Positions 24,987-33,186 of a stretch of 33,186 nt of DNA are shown piece by piece. A program made the position numbers and the translations under genes. Source of the DNA: an uncultured Saprospiraceae bacterium (GTDB taxonomy: Bacteria; Bacteroidota; Bacteroidia; Chitinophagales; Saprospiraceae); assembly GCA_964586035.1 (NCBI GenBank), contig CAZPHZ010000001.1:1-33186 (forward strand), given 5' to 3'. Every line of letters starts with the position of its first letter. Within the stretch, counting starts at the first letter, position 1. The notes beneath the pieces are model-generated. The model did no database searches, had not been told where the DNA came from, and was given only the letters and a program-made list of their open reading frames with translations.

Positions 24987-27608
24987 ATGGCTTGGCGCGA
25001 CAGCCGCCGCAACCGTGGCAGGCTGCTGCTGTTCATTTCTTCCATCGTCATCGGCATCGCCGCGCTAGTGGCCATCAACTCGTTCAGCGAAAACCTCCAA
25101 AAAGACATCGCTACCGAGGCCAAGAGCCTGCTCGGTGCCGACCTCATCGTTCAAGGCAATCAGCCCGCCGCCGACACGATCCTCGAAGCTCTCGACACAC
25201 TCGGTAGTTTGCAGAAGGCTGAAGTTATGAGCCTCGTTTCAATGGTTTATTTTCCAAAAAACGGTGGCACCCGGCTGGCACAGGTCAGGGCCCTCGAAGG
25301 TGGATTCCCTTTTTATGGAAAACTCTCCACCGAGCCAGCCGAGGCTGAAAAAACTTACCGTGAGGCATCCACTCATCACCAACCTCCAACACCAACTCAC
25401 CAAATTGCCCTCGTGGAGAAAACGCTGATGCTCCAGTTCGGCCTGAAACCGGGCGATACCGTGCGGGTGGGCACCATGCCGTTTGTCATCGCTGGCCGCC
25501 TCAACGCCGCCCCGGGCCGGGCAGGTATTGCCGGTTCCATAGCGCCTGTGGTGTACATTCCGAAGAGCTTTTTGCCGCAAACCGGGTTGGTGCAGCGAGG
25601 GAGTTTGATATGGTACCAATACTTTTTCCAGTTTCCCGCAGCAGCCGACGTGGACGCTTTGGTGAAAAAGAGCGTGGAGCCTGTCATCGAAAAGTCGGCG
25701 TTACAGTCCGAAACGGTTGCCGACCGGCAGGAGGGCGTTTCTAACGCCTTCGGCAATATGCGCACATTCCTAAACCTCGTGGGGTTTATTGCCCTCTTGT
25801 TAGGGTGCATCGGCGTGGCGAGCTCGGTACACATTTACATAAAAGACAAAATGGCGAGCATCGCCGTGTTGCGGTGTCTCGGCATCAAAGGCGGCCAAGC
25901 ATTCCGGATATACCTTACTCAGGTGGTAGTGCTTGGGCTGGCCGGCGGCTTGTTAGGTGCACTTGCCGGTAGTCTGTTACAGATAGCGCTACCTTCGGTT
26001 CTCGGCGACTTTTTGCCTTTGGCAAACGTCAGTTCGGATGTGTCGTGGAGTGCCATAGGTTCGGGAATAATCACCGGGGTGAGCATCACGATTTTGTTTG
26101 CCATGCTGCCGCTGCTCGGCATCCGCAGAGTATCGCCATTGCGGACCTTGCGCGCCTCTTACGATGATGACTCCTCCGGAAACGACCCCCTGCGTTGGGT
26201 GGTTTATGGGCTTATTTTTCTTTTTATCTGCGGCTTCACGCTGGTACAAACCAGAGAGCTCCGCTCCATTTTTTTTCCCATAGGGGTAGGGGCAGCATTT
26301 CTGGCACTGGCAGGAGTGGCCAAGTTGCTCACCTGGGCCGTGCGACGGTGGTTCCCCACGAGTTGGAGCTACATTTGGCGGCAGAGCATTGCCAATCTAT
26401 ACCGGCCTAACAACCAGACCCTCATTCTCATCGTGACCATCGGGCTGGGAGCTGCCCTAATTTCGACCTTATTTTTGGTGAAAGACTTACTCCTCAAACA
26501 GGTGGAATACGCCGGTACGGGGAATGTGCCGAACATGATAATTTTCGACATTCAGCCCACCCAAAAAGAAAAAGTGGCAGAGTTGACGTTGGCCAACGGC
26601 CTGCCCATCAAACAACTCGTGCCCATTGTCACCATGCGCGTAGACAATGTGGATGGTGTGACAAAAGAAATGAACCGCCGCGACACCACTGACGTTGAAT
26701 CAGCCGAAGATGCAAAAGCCGAAAGGCGGCGTCCCGGCAGCGATGACGAAGACGGACCGCCTGGCGAAGGGGGGCATCGCCGGGAATGGATTTACGACCG
26801 GGAATTCCGTTGTACCTACCGCGACACCCTCATCGACACGGAAAAAATACTGGAAGGTGAGTGGCGTGGTGAAGTTGGCGATGACGGCATCATTTATATT
26901 TCCATCGCCGATAATGTGGCGAGGGGCATGCGCGCAAAAATCGGCACCAAGGTGACCTTCAACGTTCAGGGGGCGCTCATCGAAACAGTCGTCGGCAGCA
27001 TCCGCAAAGTGGATTTCAGCCGAGTGCAAACCAACTTTTACATCGTCTTCCCGAAAGGGGTGCTGGAGCAAGCGCCGCAGTTTTACGTCATCGTGTCACG
27101 GGTGGAGTCAGAGGCAGCGAGTGCCAAATACCAGCAGGCATTAGTAAAGCAATTCCCCAACGTATCGGTCATCGACCTGACACAGATTTTAAAATCGGTG
27201 GAAACTGTGCTAAATAAAGTCTCGTTTGTCATCCGTTTCATGGCCTTGTTCAGCATTCTCACAGGTATGGTGGTACTCATCAGTTCTGTGGTGCTGAGCA
27301 AATACCAACGCGTGCAGGAGAGCGTATTGTTGCGAACGCTCGGTGCTAACCGCCGCCAGATTTTATGGATTAATGCGCTGGAATACTTCCTGCTCGGCTC
27401 ATTCGCCACGCTCACGGGTATCGGCCTTTCTGTCATCGGAAGCTGGGCATTGGCAAAATGGTCGTTGCATGTGCCGTATACGCCCAACCTTTTGCCGGCA
27501 CTCGGCGTATTCGTCAGCATCACGGCCCTCACCGTTTTAATTGGCATGCTGAACAGCCGGGAGGTGGTGTCGAAACCGCCGTTGGAGGTTTTGAGGAAGG
27601 AGGTTTGA
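24987..27608 (+). CDS. ABC transporter permease, FtsX-like double-domain (YbbP/MacB-type)
   Basis: MAWRDSRRNRGRLLLFISSIVIGIAALVAINSF start. Two FtsX-type 4-TM modules, each preceded by a large extracytoplasmic domain. Start is ATG 24987, because a TAnnTTTG box at 24903-24910 lies inside the longer GTG-24882 ORF. Confidence 0.9.
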   Translation: MAWRDSRRNRGRLLLFISSIVIGIAALVAINSFSENLQKDIATEAKSLLGADLIVQGNQPAADTILEALDTLGSLQKAEVMSLVSMVYFPKNGGTRLAQVRALEGGFPFYGKLSTEPAEAEKTYREASTHHQPPTPTHQIALVEKTLMLQFGLKPGDTVRVGTMPFVIAGRLNAAPGRAGIAGSIAPVVYIPKSFLPQTGLVQRGSLIWYQYFFQFPAAADVDALVKKSVEPVIEKSALQSETVADRQEGVSNAFGNMRTFLNLVGFIALLLGCIGVASSVHIYIKDKMASIAVLRCLGIKGGQAFRIYLTQVVVLGLAGGLLGALAGSLLQIALPSVLGDFLPLANVSSDVSWSAIGSGIITGVSITILFAMLPLLGIRRVSPLRTLRASYDDDSSGNDPLRWVVYGLIFLFICGFTLVQTRELRSIFFPIGVGAAFLALAGVAKLLTWAVRRWFPTSWSYIWRQSIANLYRPNNQTLILIVTIGLGAALISTLFLVKDLLLKQVEYAGTGNVPNMIIFDIQPTQKEKVAELTLANGLPIKQLVPIVTMRVDNVDGVTKEMNRRDTTDVESAEDAKAERRRPGSDDEDGPPGEGGHRREWIYDREFRCTYRDTLIDTEKILEGEWRGEVGDDGIIYISIADNVARGMRAKIGTKVTFNVQGALIETVVGSIRKVDFSRVQTNFYIVFPKGVLEQAPQFYVIVSRVESEAASAKYQQALVKQFPNVSVIDLTQILKSVETVLNKVSFVIRFMALFSILTGMVVLISSVVLSKYQRVQESVLLRTLGANRRQILWINALEYFLLGSFATLTGIGLSVIGSWALAKWSLHVPYTPNLLPALGVFVSITALTVLIGMLNSREVVSKPPLEVLRKEV

Positions 27609-27634
27609 GAGGTGAGAGGTGAGAGGTGAGAGGT
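27607..27634 (+). repeat. Tandem heptamer array GAGAGGT x4 starting at the permease stop codon
   Basis: Four perfect units. TGA at 27606, 27613, 27620 and 27627 covers all three frames. Degenerate GGAGGTT-type words extend back into the CDS 3' end. Confidence 0.95.
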
Positions 27635-27728
27635 AAAGCTATTTTAGGCCGGGTCACGAGTCAGTAACTGTAAAATTCCAGCCATACATCTTTTAACCTT
27701 TAAAGTTTTTTCAGTACGAGGCACTACA

Positions 27729-27749
27729 TACCCCTCACCTCAGACCTCA
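27729..27749 (-). repeat. Heptamers TGAGGTC TGAGGTG (AGGGGTA) starting at the PBP stop codon, minus strand
   Basis: The reverse complement of 27729-27749 reads TGAGGTC TGAGGTG AGGGGTA. The first TGA is the PBP stop. It is partly complementary to the GAGAGGT array across the spacer. Confidence 0.8.
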
Positions 27750-30332
27750 TCTCCCTTTTTTACCAAAAAGCTTTTCTAAAATGTCTCGCTTTTTTTTCTG
27801 CCGTTCCCGCTTTCTTTCAAGGCGCTCGTTTTGCCGGCGGATGCGCTCTGATTCCCGGCTGATGATGGGCGGGATTTCCCGGTGGCTGGAGTCACGCTTG
27901 TCCTTTGGCCTGTTTTTGAATGCTCCCTCTATCATTTGAATGAGTGCCTGCTTTCGGGCATTTGAACTGCTGTCGAAAGGTAGTTGCAACAGCCGGAGAA
28001 AAGAATCCAGCAACACCGAATCGGATGGAATATAATCTGGGCAGTCGAATTCGGCCAGTGTAAGGCTGTCGGGAGCGGTAAATGTGGCGTTGCGGTATTT
28101 TCGGAAACTCCGGGAAGCATATACTTTTCTAAAAAACTTGCCGCAAATAGGGAGCGCTGTGGCCGCGCCCTGCCCCAGGCGTGTAGAACGGAAACGCACC
28201 GCGGGCTGCTCGGCACCAACCCATGCCCCGGCCACAATATTCGGTGTATAGCCGATAAACCATCCGTCGGAATTGTTGTTGGTGGTGCCGGTTTTCCCGG
28301 CCGCGGGGTAGTTGAAACCGCATTGGTAGCGCAACCTCGCCCCCGTGCCGCCATCCACCACACCTTGCAGCAAATGAGTCATCATGTCGGCATGTTGTTC
28401 GAACAGAACACGCTTGAAATTTTTCGGATTCGGTCTTTTATATTGCACGAGGGTATCTCCCGAAGCTGTTTCGATGCGGGTGAGATAGTATGGCTTAGTC
28501 ACTACGCCACGGTTGGGAAAGGTGGAAAACACCTTGACCATGTCGTAAACGGAAGCATCCACGGAACCGAGAGCGATGCCCGGCTCATTGGGGATATCCG
28601 TCGATATACCCATTCTTTTTGCCAACCTGCGCACCGAATCCACGCCCACGCGCATGATAAGCCCCACCGCGACGACATTTACGGAGTGTTTCAATCCGCC
28701 CTGCATGGAGTAGGTGCCGCCGTAGTTACCGTCGGCATTTCGGGGCGACCAATCATTGTAATCCTCATAAGTTACACGGTCGTTGGCCAGCCTCTCGCAA
28801 GGTGGAATTCCACTTTGCAACGCCGTTGCATATACGATGGGCTTAAAAGTGGAGCCGACCTGCCGGATGGACTTCACATGGTCGTATTTGAAATATTTGT
28901 AATTAATGCCACCCACCCAGGCCAGCACTTTCCCGGTTTGCGGCTCTATCGCCAGAAAGCCCGTGTTGAGGGTGGTCAGGTAATACTTGATGGAATCCAA
29001 CGGCGACATGAGGGTGTCTTTGTCCTGGCTTTTCGTTTCCCAGCTAAAAATCGTCATCGGTACGGGCATGTTGAAAACGGAGTCGATTTCTGTCTTCCCA
29101 AGCCCTCTGGCTATTAAGCGCTCATACCTTTTTGACCCTTTTATTGCTTTTTGCAAGAGGTGATTGCTGCCCCATGGCAACGCCCTCTTATAATATTTGA
29201 AATGCTCGTTGAAAGTCTTTTGCACCGCCATCATCTGCTCATTCACAGCCTCTTCGGCATACTGCTGCATTTTCGCATTGATGGTGGTGTAAATCTTCAG
29301 GCCATCGGTATATAGGTTGTATGGCCGCCCATCGGACTTGGTGTAATTCTTTAATTCCTTCTCCAACACCAACCGCAGATTGCCTCGGAAATAGGTAGCT
29401 AAACCTTCATTGTGGCCTTCGGTGCTGTATTTCAGGTCGATGGGCAGTTGGCTGAGCGAGTCGAAAGTGAGTGTATCGAGGCGGCCGTATTTCACCATTT
29501 GTGCCATCACGGTGTTGCGGCGGTTCAGCGCCCGCTCGGGGTGACGAGCGGGGTTGTACGCCGAGTTGGCCTTGAGCATGCCGACGAGCACAGCTGCTTC
29601 TTCCACCTTTATCGCACTCGGTGTGGTGTCAAAAAAATGCTGCGCCGCCACTTTTATTCCGAATACATTGTCACCGAAAGGCACCGTGTTGAGATAGAGT
29701 GCCAGCAATTCATTTTTATCGTATACATGCTCCAGCCGGTTGGCAATGAATATCTCCCTGACTTTGGCCACAGGAATAGTTAGGATGGAAAAGCGCTTTC
29801 GCGGGTACAGGTTTTTTGCCAACTGCTGGCTTAGCGTGCTGCCCCCTCCCCCTGATTTATCCAGCAACAATACCGTCCGTAAAAATACCCGCACCCATGC
29901 TCTGAGGTCAATGCCGCCATGCTCGAAAAAGCGAGCGTCTTCGGTGGAAATGAGTGCATCTATGATGAGAGGAGAAATGTCTGCGAGGTCGGCTGGCAGT
30001 CGGTTTTCAATGTAATATTTTCCCAATAACTCACCGTCGCCAGAATATATCTCGGAAGCAATGTTTTGGTTGAGGTCGTTCAGGTCCGCGTAAGAGGGCA
30101 ATGGACCAAATGCCCCTAAATAAACGAGCAACACGAGGAGTAAAATAATGCCAACCCCCGCCAAACCGGCCAGCCCCGTCCACAAAAATACTTTGGCCCT
30201 ACGGGGATGCCTGGCTTCGCAAGTGCGGTATCGCACGATAAGCGGCCGAAACCAAGTATAGAGTTTCGCTTTGAACGACTTCCATTTTCCCAGCCAGAAA
30301 TCTTTGTGAAAGGGTAATTTAGTGTTTGCCAT
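27747..30332 (-). CDS. Class A penicillin-binding protein (transglycosylase + transpeptidase, PBP1A-like)
   Basis: GT51 motifs EDARFFEHGGID and GGSTLSQQLAKN. Transpeptidase motifs STFKP, SVN and KTGTT. Start is set at ATG 30332 (MANTKLPF). Confidence 0.95.
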   Translation of the reverse strand: MANTKLPFHKDFWLGKWKSFKAKLYTWFRPLIVRYRTCEARHPRRAKVFLWTGLAGLAGVGIILLLVLLVYLGAFGPLPSYADLNDLNQNIASEIYSGDGELLGKYYIENRLPADLADISPLIIDALISTEDARFFEHGGIDLRAWVRVFLRTVLLLDKSGGGGSTLSQQLAKNLYPRKRFSILTIPVAKVREIFIANRLEHVYDKNELLALYLNTVPFGDNVFGIKVAAQHFFDTTPSAIKVEEAAVLVGMLKANSAYNPARHPERALNRRNTVMAQMVKYGRLDTLTFDSLSQLPIDLKYSTEGHNEGLATYFRGNLRLVLEKELKNYTKSDGRPYNLYTDGLKIYTTINAKMQQYAEEAVNEQMMAVQKTFNEHFKYYKRALPWGSNHLLQKAIKGSKRYERLIARGLGKTEIDSVFNMPVPMTIFSWETKSQDKDTLMSPLDSIKYYLTTLNTGFLAIEPQTGKVLAWVGGINYKYFKYDHVKSIRQVGSTFKPIVYATALQSGIPPCERLANDRVTYEDYNDWSPRNADGNYGGTYSMQGGLKHSVNVVAVGLIMRVGVDSVRRLAKRMGISTDIPNEPGIALGSVDASVYDMVKVFSTFPNRGVVTKPYYLTRIETASGDTLVQYKRPNPKNFKRVLFEQHADMMTHLLQGVVDGGTGARLRYQCGFNYPAAGKTGTTNNNSDGWFIGYTPNIVAGAWVGAEQPAVRFRSTRLGQGAATALPICGKFFRKVYASRSFRKYRNATFTAPDSLTLAEFDCPDYIPSDSVLLDSFLRLLQLPFDSSSNARKQALIQMIEGAFKNRPKDKRDSSHREIPPIISRESERIRRQNERLERKRERQKKKRDILEKLFGKKGR

Positions 30333-30428
30333 TTGAAAGAGGAGTGTTTGCAGAATTATGCAAAGGCCATTTTTAAACGGCTTCTTTTGTCTTTTCGTGT
30401 CTAAGAGAAAAAAACAGCCCGTCACTTA

Positions 30429-30457
30429 TTGCCAACTGCCCACTGATAATACCTTTG
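30429..30457 (+). promoter_or_regulatory. Candidate sigma-A promoter TTG-N18-TACCTTTG for the ArnT-like gene
   Basis: TTG 30429-30431, an 18-nt spacer, then TACCTTTG 30450-30457. This is the best match in the window to the Bacteroidota -33/-7 consensus. Confidence 0.5.
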
Positions 30458-30477
30458 CTGCCGCAAAATGTTCGAAT

Positions 30478-32169
30478 TTGCCGAATGTAAACCAACCATA
30501 TATTTTATCAAAAAAAGGCATCCTGCTCTGCGGGGTAGCTCTGCTGCTGTTGCCGGCCCTGCTCACCAACCTCGGCATGCTCGCTTTTCTGGACGACGAA
30601 GGCATCCGTTCTTTGGTGGCTTTGGAGATGAAGCTGTCGGGAAATTACATCACACCCACTCTTTTCGGTGAATTCTATTACAACAAGCCCCCCCTCTACA
30701 ACTGGATACTGCTCGTCTTTTTCGAGCTATTCGGTCGTTTCGATGAATTCACCGCCCGGTTGGCCACGGTTTTTTTTCTGCTGGTTTACGCCCTCACCGT
30801 TTGGCGCATACCGTTGTCTATGCGGCCTAAGCCATCAAACCAACCGGCAACTACCAACTGGCAACTACCAACCGGCAACTACCACCTCCTCACTGCCCTC
30901 GCCTTCATTACCTGCGGACGCATCCTCTTTTGGGATTCCATGCTGGCACTCATCGACATCTGCTTTTCGTGGGTGATGTATCTGATGTTCATGCTCATTT
31001 ACCGGGAGGGAGAGCGTGGCCGGTACTCGCGCATGTTCGTTTTTTCCTATGCGATGGCCGCCATTGGGTTCATGCTGAAAGGATTGCCTGCCCTCGTGTT
31101 TCTTGGCATCGCCCTGCTCACCTATTTACTTTGGCAAAAAAATGGAAGGCGGATTTTCATTTGGGGACACGTGGCGGGTATCGGGATTTTCGCATTTATC
31201 GTGGGGGGGTATTATGCTTTTTACGCCCAAAGCAATGGCTTGGAGGAAGTTCTGCGCACCCTTTTCCACGAATCTGCCAAGCGCACCTTCGTGAAATACG
31301 GATTCGGTCAAACGGCATTGCACATGTTCACCTTCCCATTTGAAATGTGGTACCATTTTCTGCCCTGGACTTTGCTGGCCATTTATTTTTTTAGAAAAAA
31401 TGCCTGGACGCTCATTCGCCGAAACAAATTCATCACCTGGAACCTACTCGTTTTTTTCACCACCGTCATTCCCTATTGGTCGTCGGTGGAGGTATATCCC
31501 CGCTACCTGCTGATGCAAGTACCTCTGGTTTTTTCTGTATTTTTTTACCTCCATTTTCAAAACCGGAAGGAAGGTTCCAAATTGGTGCGTGTGGTGGAAA
31601 CGGTATTATTCGTACTTTGCCTGCTCACCACGGCGGCGAGCCTGTTGCCCCACTTTTGGGAAGCCGTGCAGCACGTGCCGCATCTGCACCTGAAAGCGGC
31701 ATTACTTACCGTGGCGCTAGCTGTATTCAGTTGGCTCTTTTGGCGGTGGCAGGCACATCGCATGCTGGTTTTTGTGTTGGTCCTGCTCGTGGTACGCATG
31801 GGTTTCGATTGGTTTCTTATTCCGAATCGCCTCCAGATAGACTGCGGCACGGAGGTGAGGACAACGACCATAGAGGCGGCTAAATTGGCCGGAGACCACC
31901 CGGTGTACATTTTGGAAAACAGCCTCGGCTTTCAACCCATCACGGGATTTTATTTCAGCCGGGAAACAGGAAAAATAGTCAGGTCAAAATATAAAAATTT
32001 CGACCTGGATGCCCGTTATATCATAAAGCCCGGCGTATATTCTGAAAGCGGCTACACTGAGTTGGCTAAATTCCGGATAAAATGGGAGTGTGGAGAATTG
32101 GCCTTCGGCCCAATTCACGAAGACATGGCCAAAAGAATTGAGAATAGAAAGGAAGTGGGTGAGCAATGA
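30478..32169 (+). CDS. ArnT-like / GT39-family lipid-carrier-dependent glycosyltransferase (multi-pass membrane)
   Basis: First-loop motif FLDDEGIRSLVALEM and YYNKPPLYNW, typical of the ArnT/PMT_2 family, with many TM helices. The ORF is open from ATG 30358, but a good promoter match at 30429-30457 argues for the in-frame TTG 30478. The start is uncertain. Confidence 0.8.
   Translation: MPNVNQPYILSKKGILLCGVALLLLPALLTNLGMLAFLDDEGIRSLVALEMKLSGNYITPTLFGEFYYNKPPLYNWILLVFFELFGRFDEFTARLATVFFLLVYALTVWRIPLSMRPKPSNQPATTNWQLPTGNYHLLTALAFITCGRILFWDSMLALIDICFSWVMYLMFMLIYREGERGRYSRMFVFSYAMAAIGFMLKGLPALVFLGIALLTYLLWQKNGRRIFIWGHVAGIGIFAFIVGGYYAFYAQSNGLEEVLRTLFHESAKRTFVKYGFGQTALHMFTFPFEMWYHFLPWTLLAIYFFRKNAWTLIRRNKFITWNLLVFFTTVIPYWSSVEVYPRYLLMQVPLVFSVFFYLHFQNRKEGSKLVRVVETVLFVLCLLTTAASLLPHFWEAVQHVPHLHLKAALLTVALAVFSWLFWRWQAHRMLVFVLVLLVVRMGFDWFLIPNRLQIDCGTEVRTTTIEAAKLAGDHPVYILENSLGFQPITGFYFSRETGKIVRSKYKNFDLDARYIIKPGVYSESGYTELAKFRIKWECGELAFGPIHEDMAKRIENRKEVGEQ
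30841..30882 (+). repeat. In-frame tandem repeat inside the ArnT-like CDS: six heptamers (three 14-mers)
   Basis: CAACCGG CAACTAC CAACTGG CAACTAC CAACCGG CAACTAC, translated as QPATTNWQLPTGNY. Confidence 0.95.
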
Positions 32170-32204
32170 ACAACGACCGAAGGTCTGAATGAGAAAATGA
32201 GAAA

Positions 32205-33137
32205 ATGAAAATCTCCGTCGTTATAGCGGTATATAATGAAGAGGAAAACGTGCGCCCGATGGTGCAACGGGTAGATGCGGCCCTGACTGGTCGCGACTAT
32301 GAAATCGTTTATGTGGACGACGGCTCCACCGACGGCACTTTGGAGGCATTGAAAGCACTGAAAAACGATCATCTGAAAGTCATCGAGTTTCGCAAAAACT
32401 ACGGACAGAGCATGGCCCTCATGGCGGGCATCGACCACGCGCAGGGTGAATTCATTGTCACACTCGACGGCGACCTGCAAAACGACCCCGCCGATATTTC
32501 CGCCATGCTTCAATTGGCCGAAGACGGAGACTGGGACATGGTGGCCGGCATCCGCGCCAACCGCAAGGATGGCTTTTTGCTCCGCAAAATTCCGAGCCTC
32601 ATCGCCAACTGGATCATCCGCACCAGCTCCGGCGTGAAGATGAAAGATTACGGCTGTGCGCTCAAAGTCATCCGTTCGGAAATAGCCAAAGACCTGGGGC
32701 TTTACGGCGAGTTGCACCGCTTCATCGCCGTGTTGGCGCAGCTCGAAGGTGCTAAAATCACCCAGATGGAAGTCCGGCATCACGCCCGGCAATTCGGCAA
32801 ATCAAAGTATGGCCTTGGGCGCACGGTGAAAGTGATGAGCGACCTGCTGCTGATGCTGTTCCTCAAGCGCTACCTCCGCCGCCCCATGCACCTGTTCGGC
32901 AACCTCGGCGTGGTGCTGTTTGCCATTGGCGCAGCCATCAACCTATATCTCGGCATTTTAAAATTATTGGGCCACGACATTTGGGGAAAACCGCTGCTCC
33001 TGCTCGGCATCCTCCTCGTCATCGCCGGCATACAATTTATCACCATCGGAATCGTCGTAGAAATACAGATGCGCACCTATTTCGAGTCGCAGAATAAACG
33101 GCCGTACAAGATTCGCAGAATTTATACGGATGTGTAA
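32205..33137 (+). CDS. GT2 polyprenyl-phosphate glycosyltransferase (ArnC/GtrB/DPM1-like) with two C-terminal TM helices
   Basis: KISVVIAVYNEEEN, YVDDGSTDGT, LDGDLQNDP and two C-terminal TM helices. Confidence 0.92.
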   Translation: MKISVVIAVYNEEENVRPMVQRVDAALTGRDYEIVYVDDGSTDGTLEALKALKNDHLKVIEFRKNYGQSMALMAGIDHAQGEFIVTLDGDLQNDPADISAMLQLAEDGDWDMVAGIRANRKDGFLLRKIPSLIANWIIRTSSGVKMKDYGCALKVIRSEIAKDLGLYGELHRFIAVLAQLEGAKITQMEVRHHARQFGKSKYGLGRTVKVMSDLLLMLFLKRYLRRPMHLFGNLGVVLFAIGAAINLYLGILKLLGHDIWGKPLLLLGILLVIAGIQFITIGIVVEIQMRTYFESQNKRPYKIRRIYTDV

Positions 33138-33141
33138 AGTC

Positions 33142-33186
33142 GTTGAGAGGGTTGAGGATGTTTAGATAGTTGAGACTAAACCCTCT
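33142..33186 (+). repeat. GTTGAG-word element plus 8-bp inverted repeat after the GT2 stop (runs to the window edge)
   Basis: GTTGAGAGGGTTGAGGATGTTTAGATAG (33142-33169) matches the reverse complement of 20235-20262 at 22 of 28 positions. AGAGGGTT (33146-33153) pairs with AACCCTCT (33179-33186). Confidence 0.6.

Noticed and set aside
27984-29117. 377-aa ORF on the plus strand
   Set aside because: It is fully antisense to the PBP gene, whose GT51 and transpeptidase motifs are unambiguous. The translation is Arg/Gly/His-rich with no recognisable motif, which is typical of a shadow ORF.
30468-30671. 67-aa ORF starting at the first ATG after the candidate promoter
   Set aside because: It is out of frame with the ArnT-like protein. 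The translation is Arg/Gly/His-rich with no TM, while the overlapping frame encodes the conserved DDEG and YYNKPPLYNW motifs.

Overview
This 33.2-kb segment looks like a Bacteroidota chromosome. Supporting signs are DUF4834, DUF2911, TlpA-like lipoprotein and BatC-like TPR families, plus TAnnTTTG-type -7 promoter boxes. I call 28 protein-coding genes covering about 90% of the window. I saw no rRNA, tRNA, CRISPR array, transposase or integrase. Most genes are housekeeping or envelope biogenesis: a Wzx-Wzz-Wzy polysaccharide trio (57-4259), rlmD, a YugP-type zinc peptidase, rsmG, a GT4 glycosyltransferase, mutL, dnaX, a thioredoxin-fold lipoprotein, an RluA-family pseudouridine synthase, an FtsX-type double permease, a class A PBP, and an ArnT-like GT39 plus polyprenyl-phosphate GT2 pair. 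Five things look less ordinary. (1) dnaX carries an A9 tract exactly at the clamp-loader core/linker boundary, with stop codons 2-4 codons away in both alternative frames, which suggests a gamma-subunit recoding or slippage site. (2) Tandem 7-nt arrays abut stop codons (2732-2787, 27607-27634, 27736-27749), and one array sits in frame inside the ArnT-like gene (30841-30882). (3) An AT-richer two-gene DUF6883/DUF4926 cassette has an ATGA overlap and looks toxin-antitoxin-like but is uncharacterised. (4) An orphan, AT-richer gene fuses an apparently degenerate HD-like domain to a DUF5706/Pycsar-effector-type transmembrane module. (5) A T9G9 homopolymer junction lies in a 380-bp unassigned noncoding region. 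I do not see a convincing multi-gene defence island. All family calls come from reading the translations and recalling family motifs, so they need HMM and structure searches to confirm.
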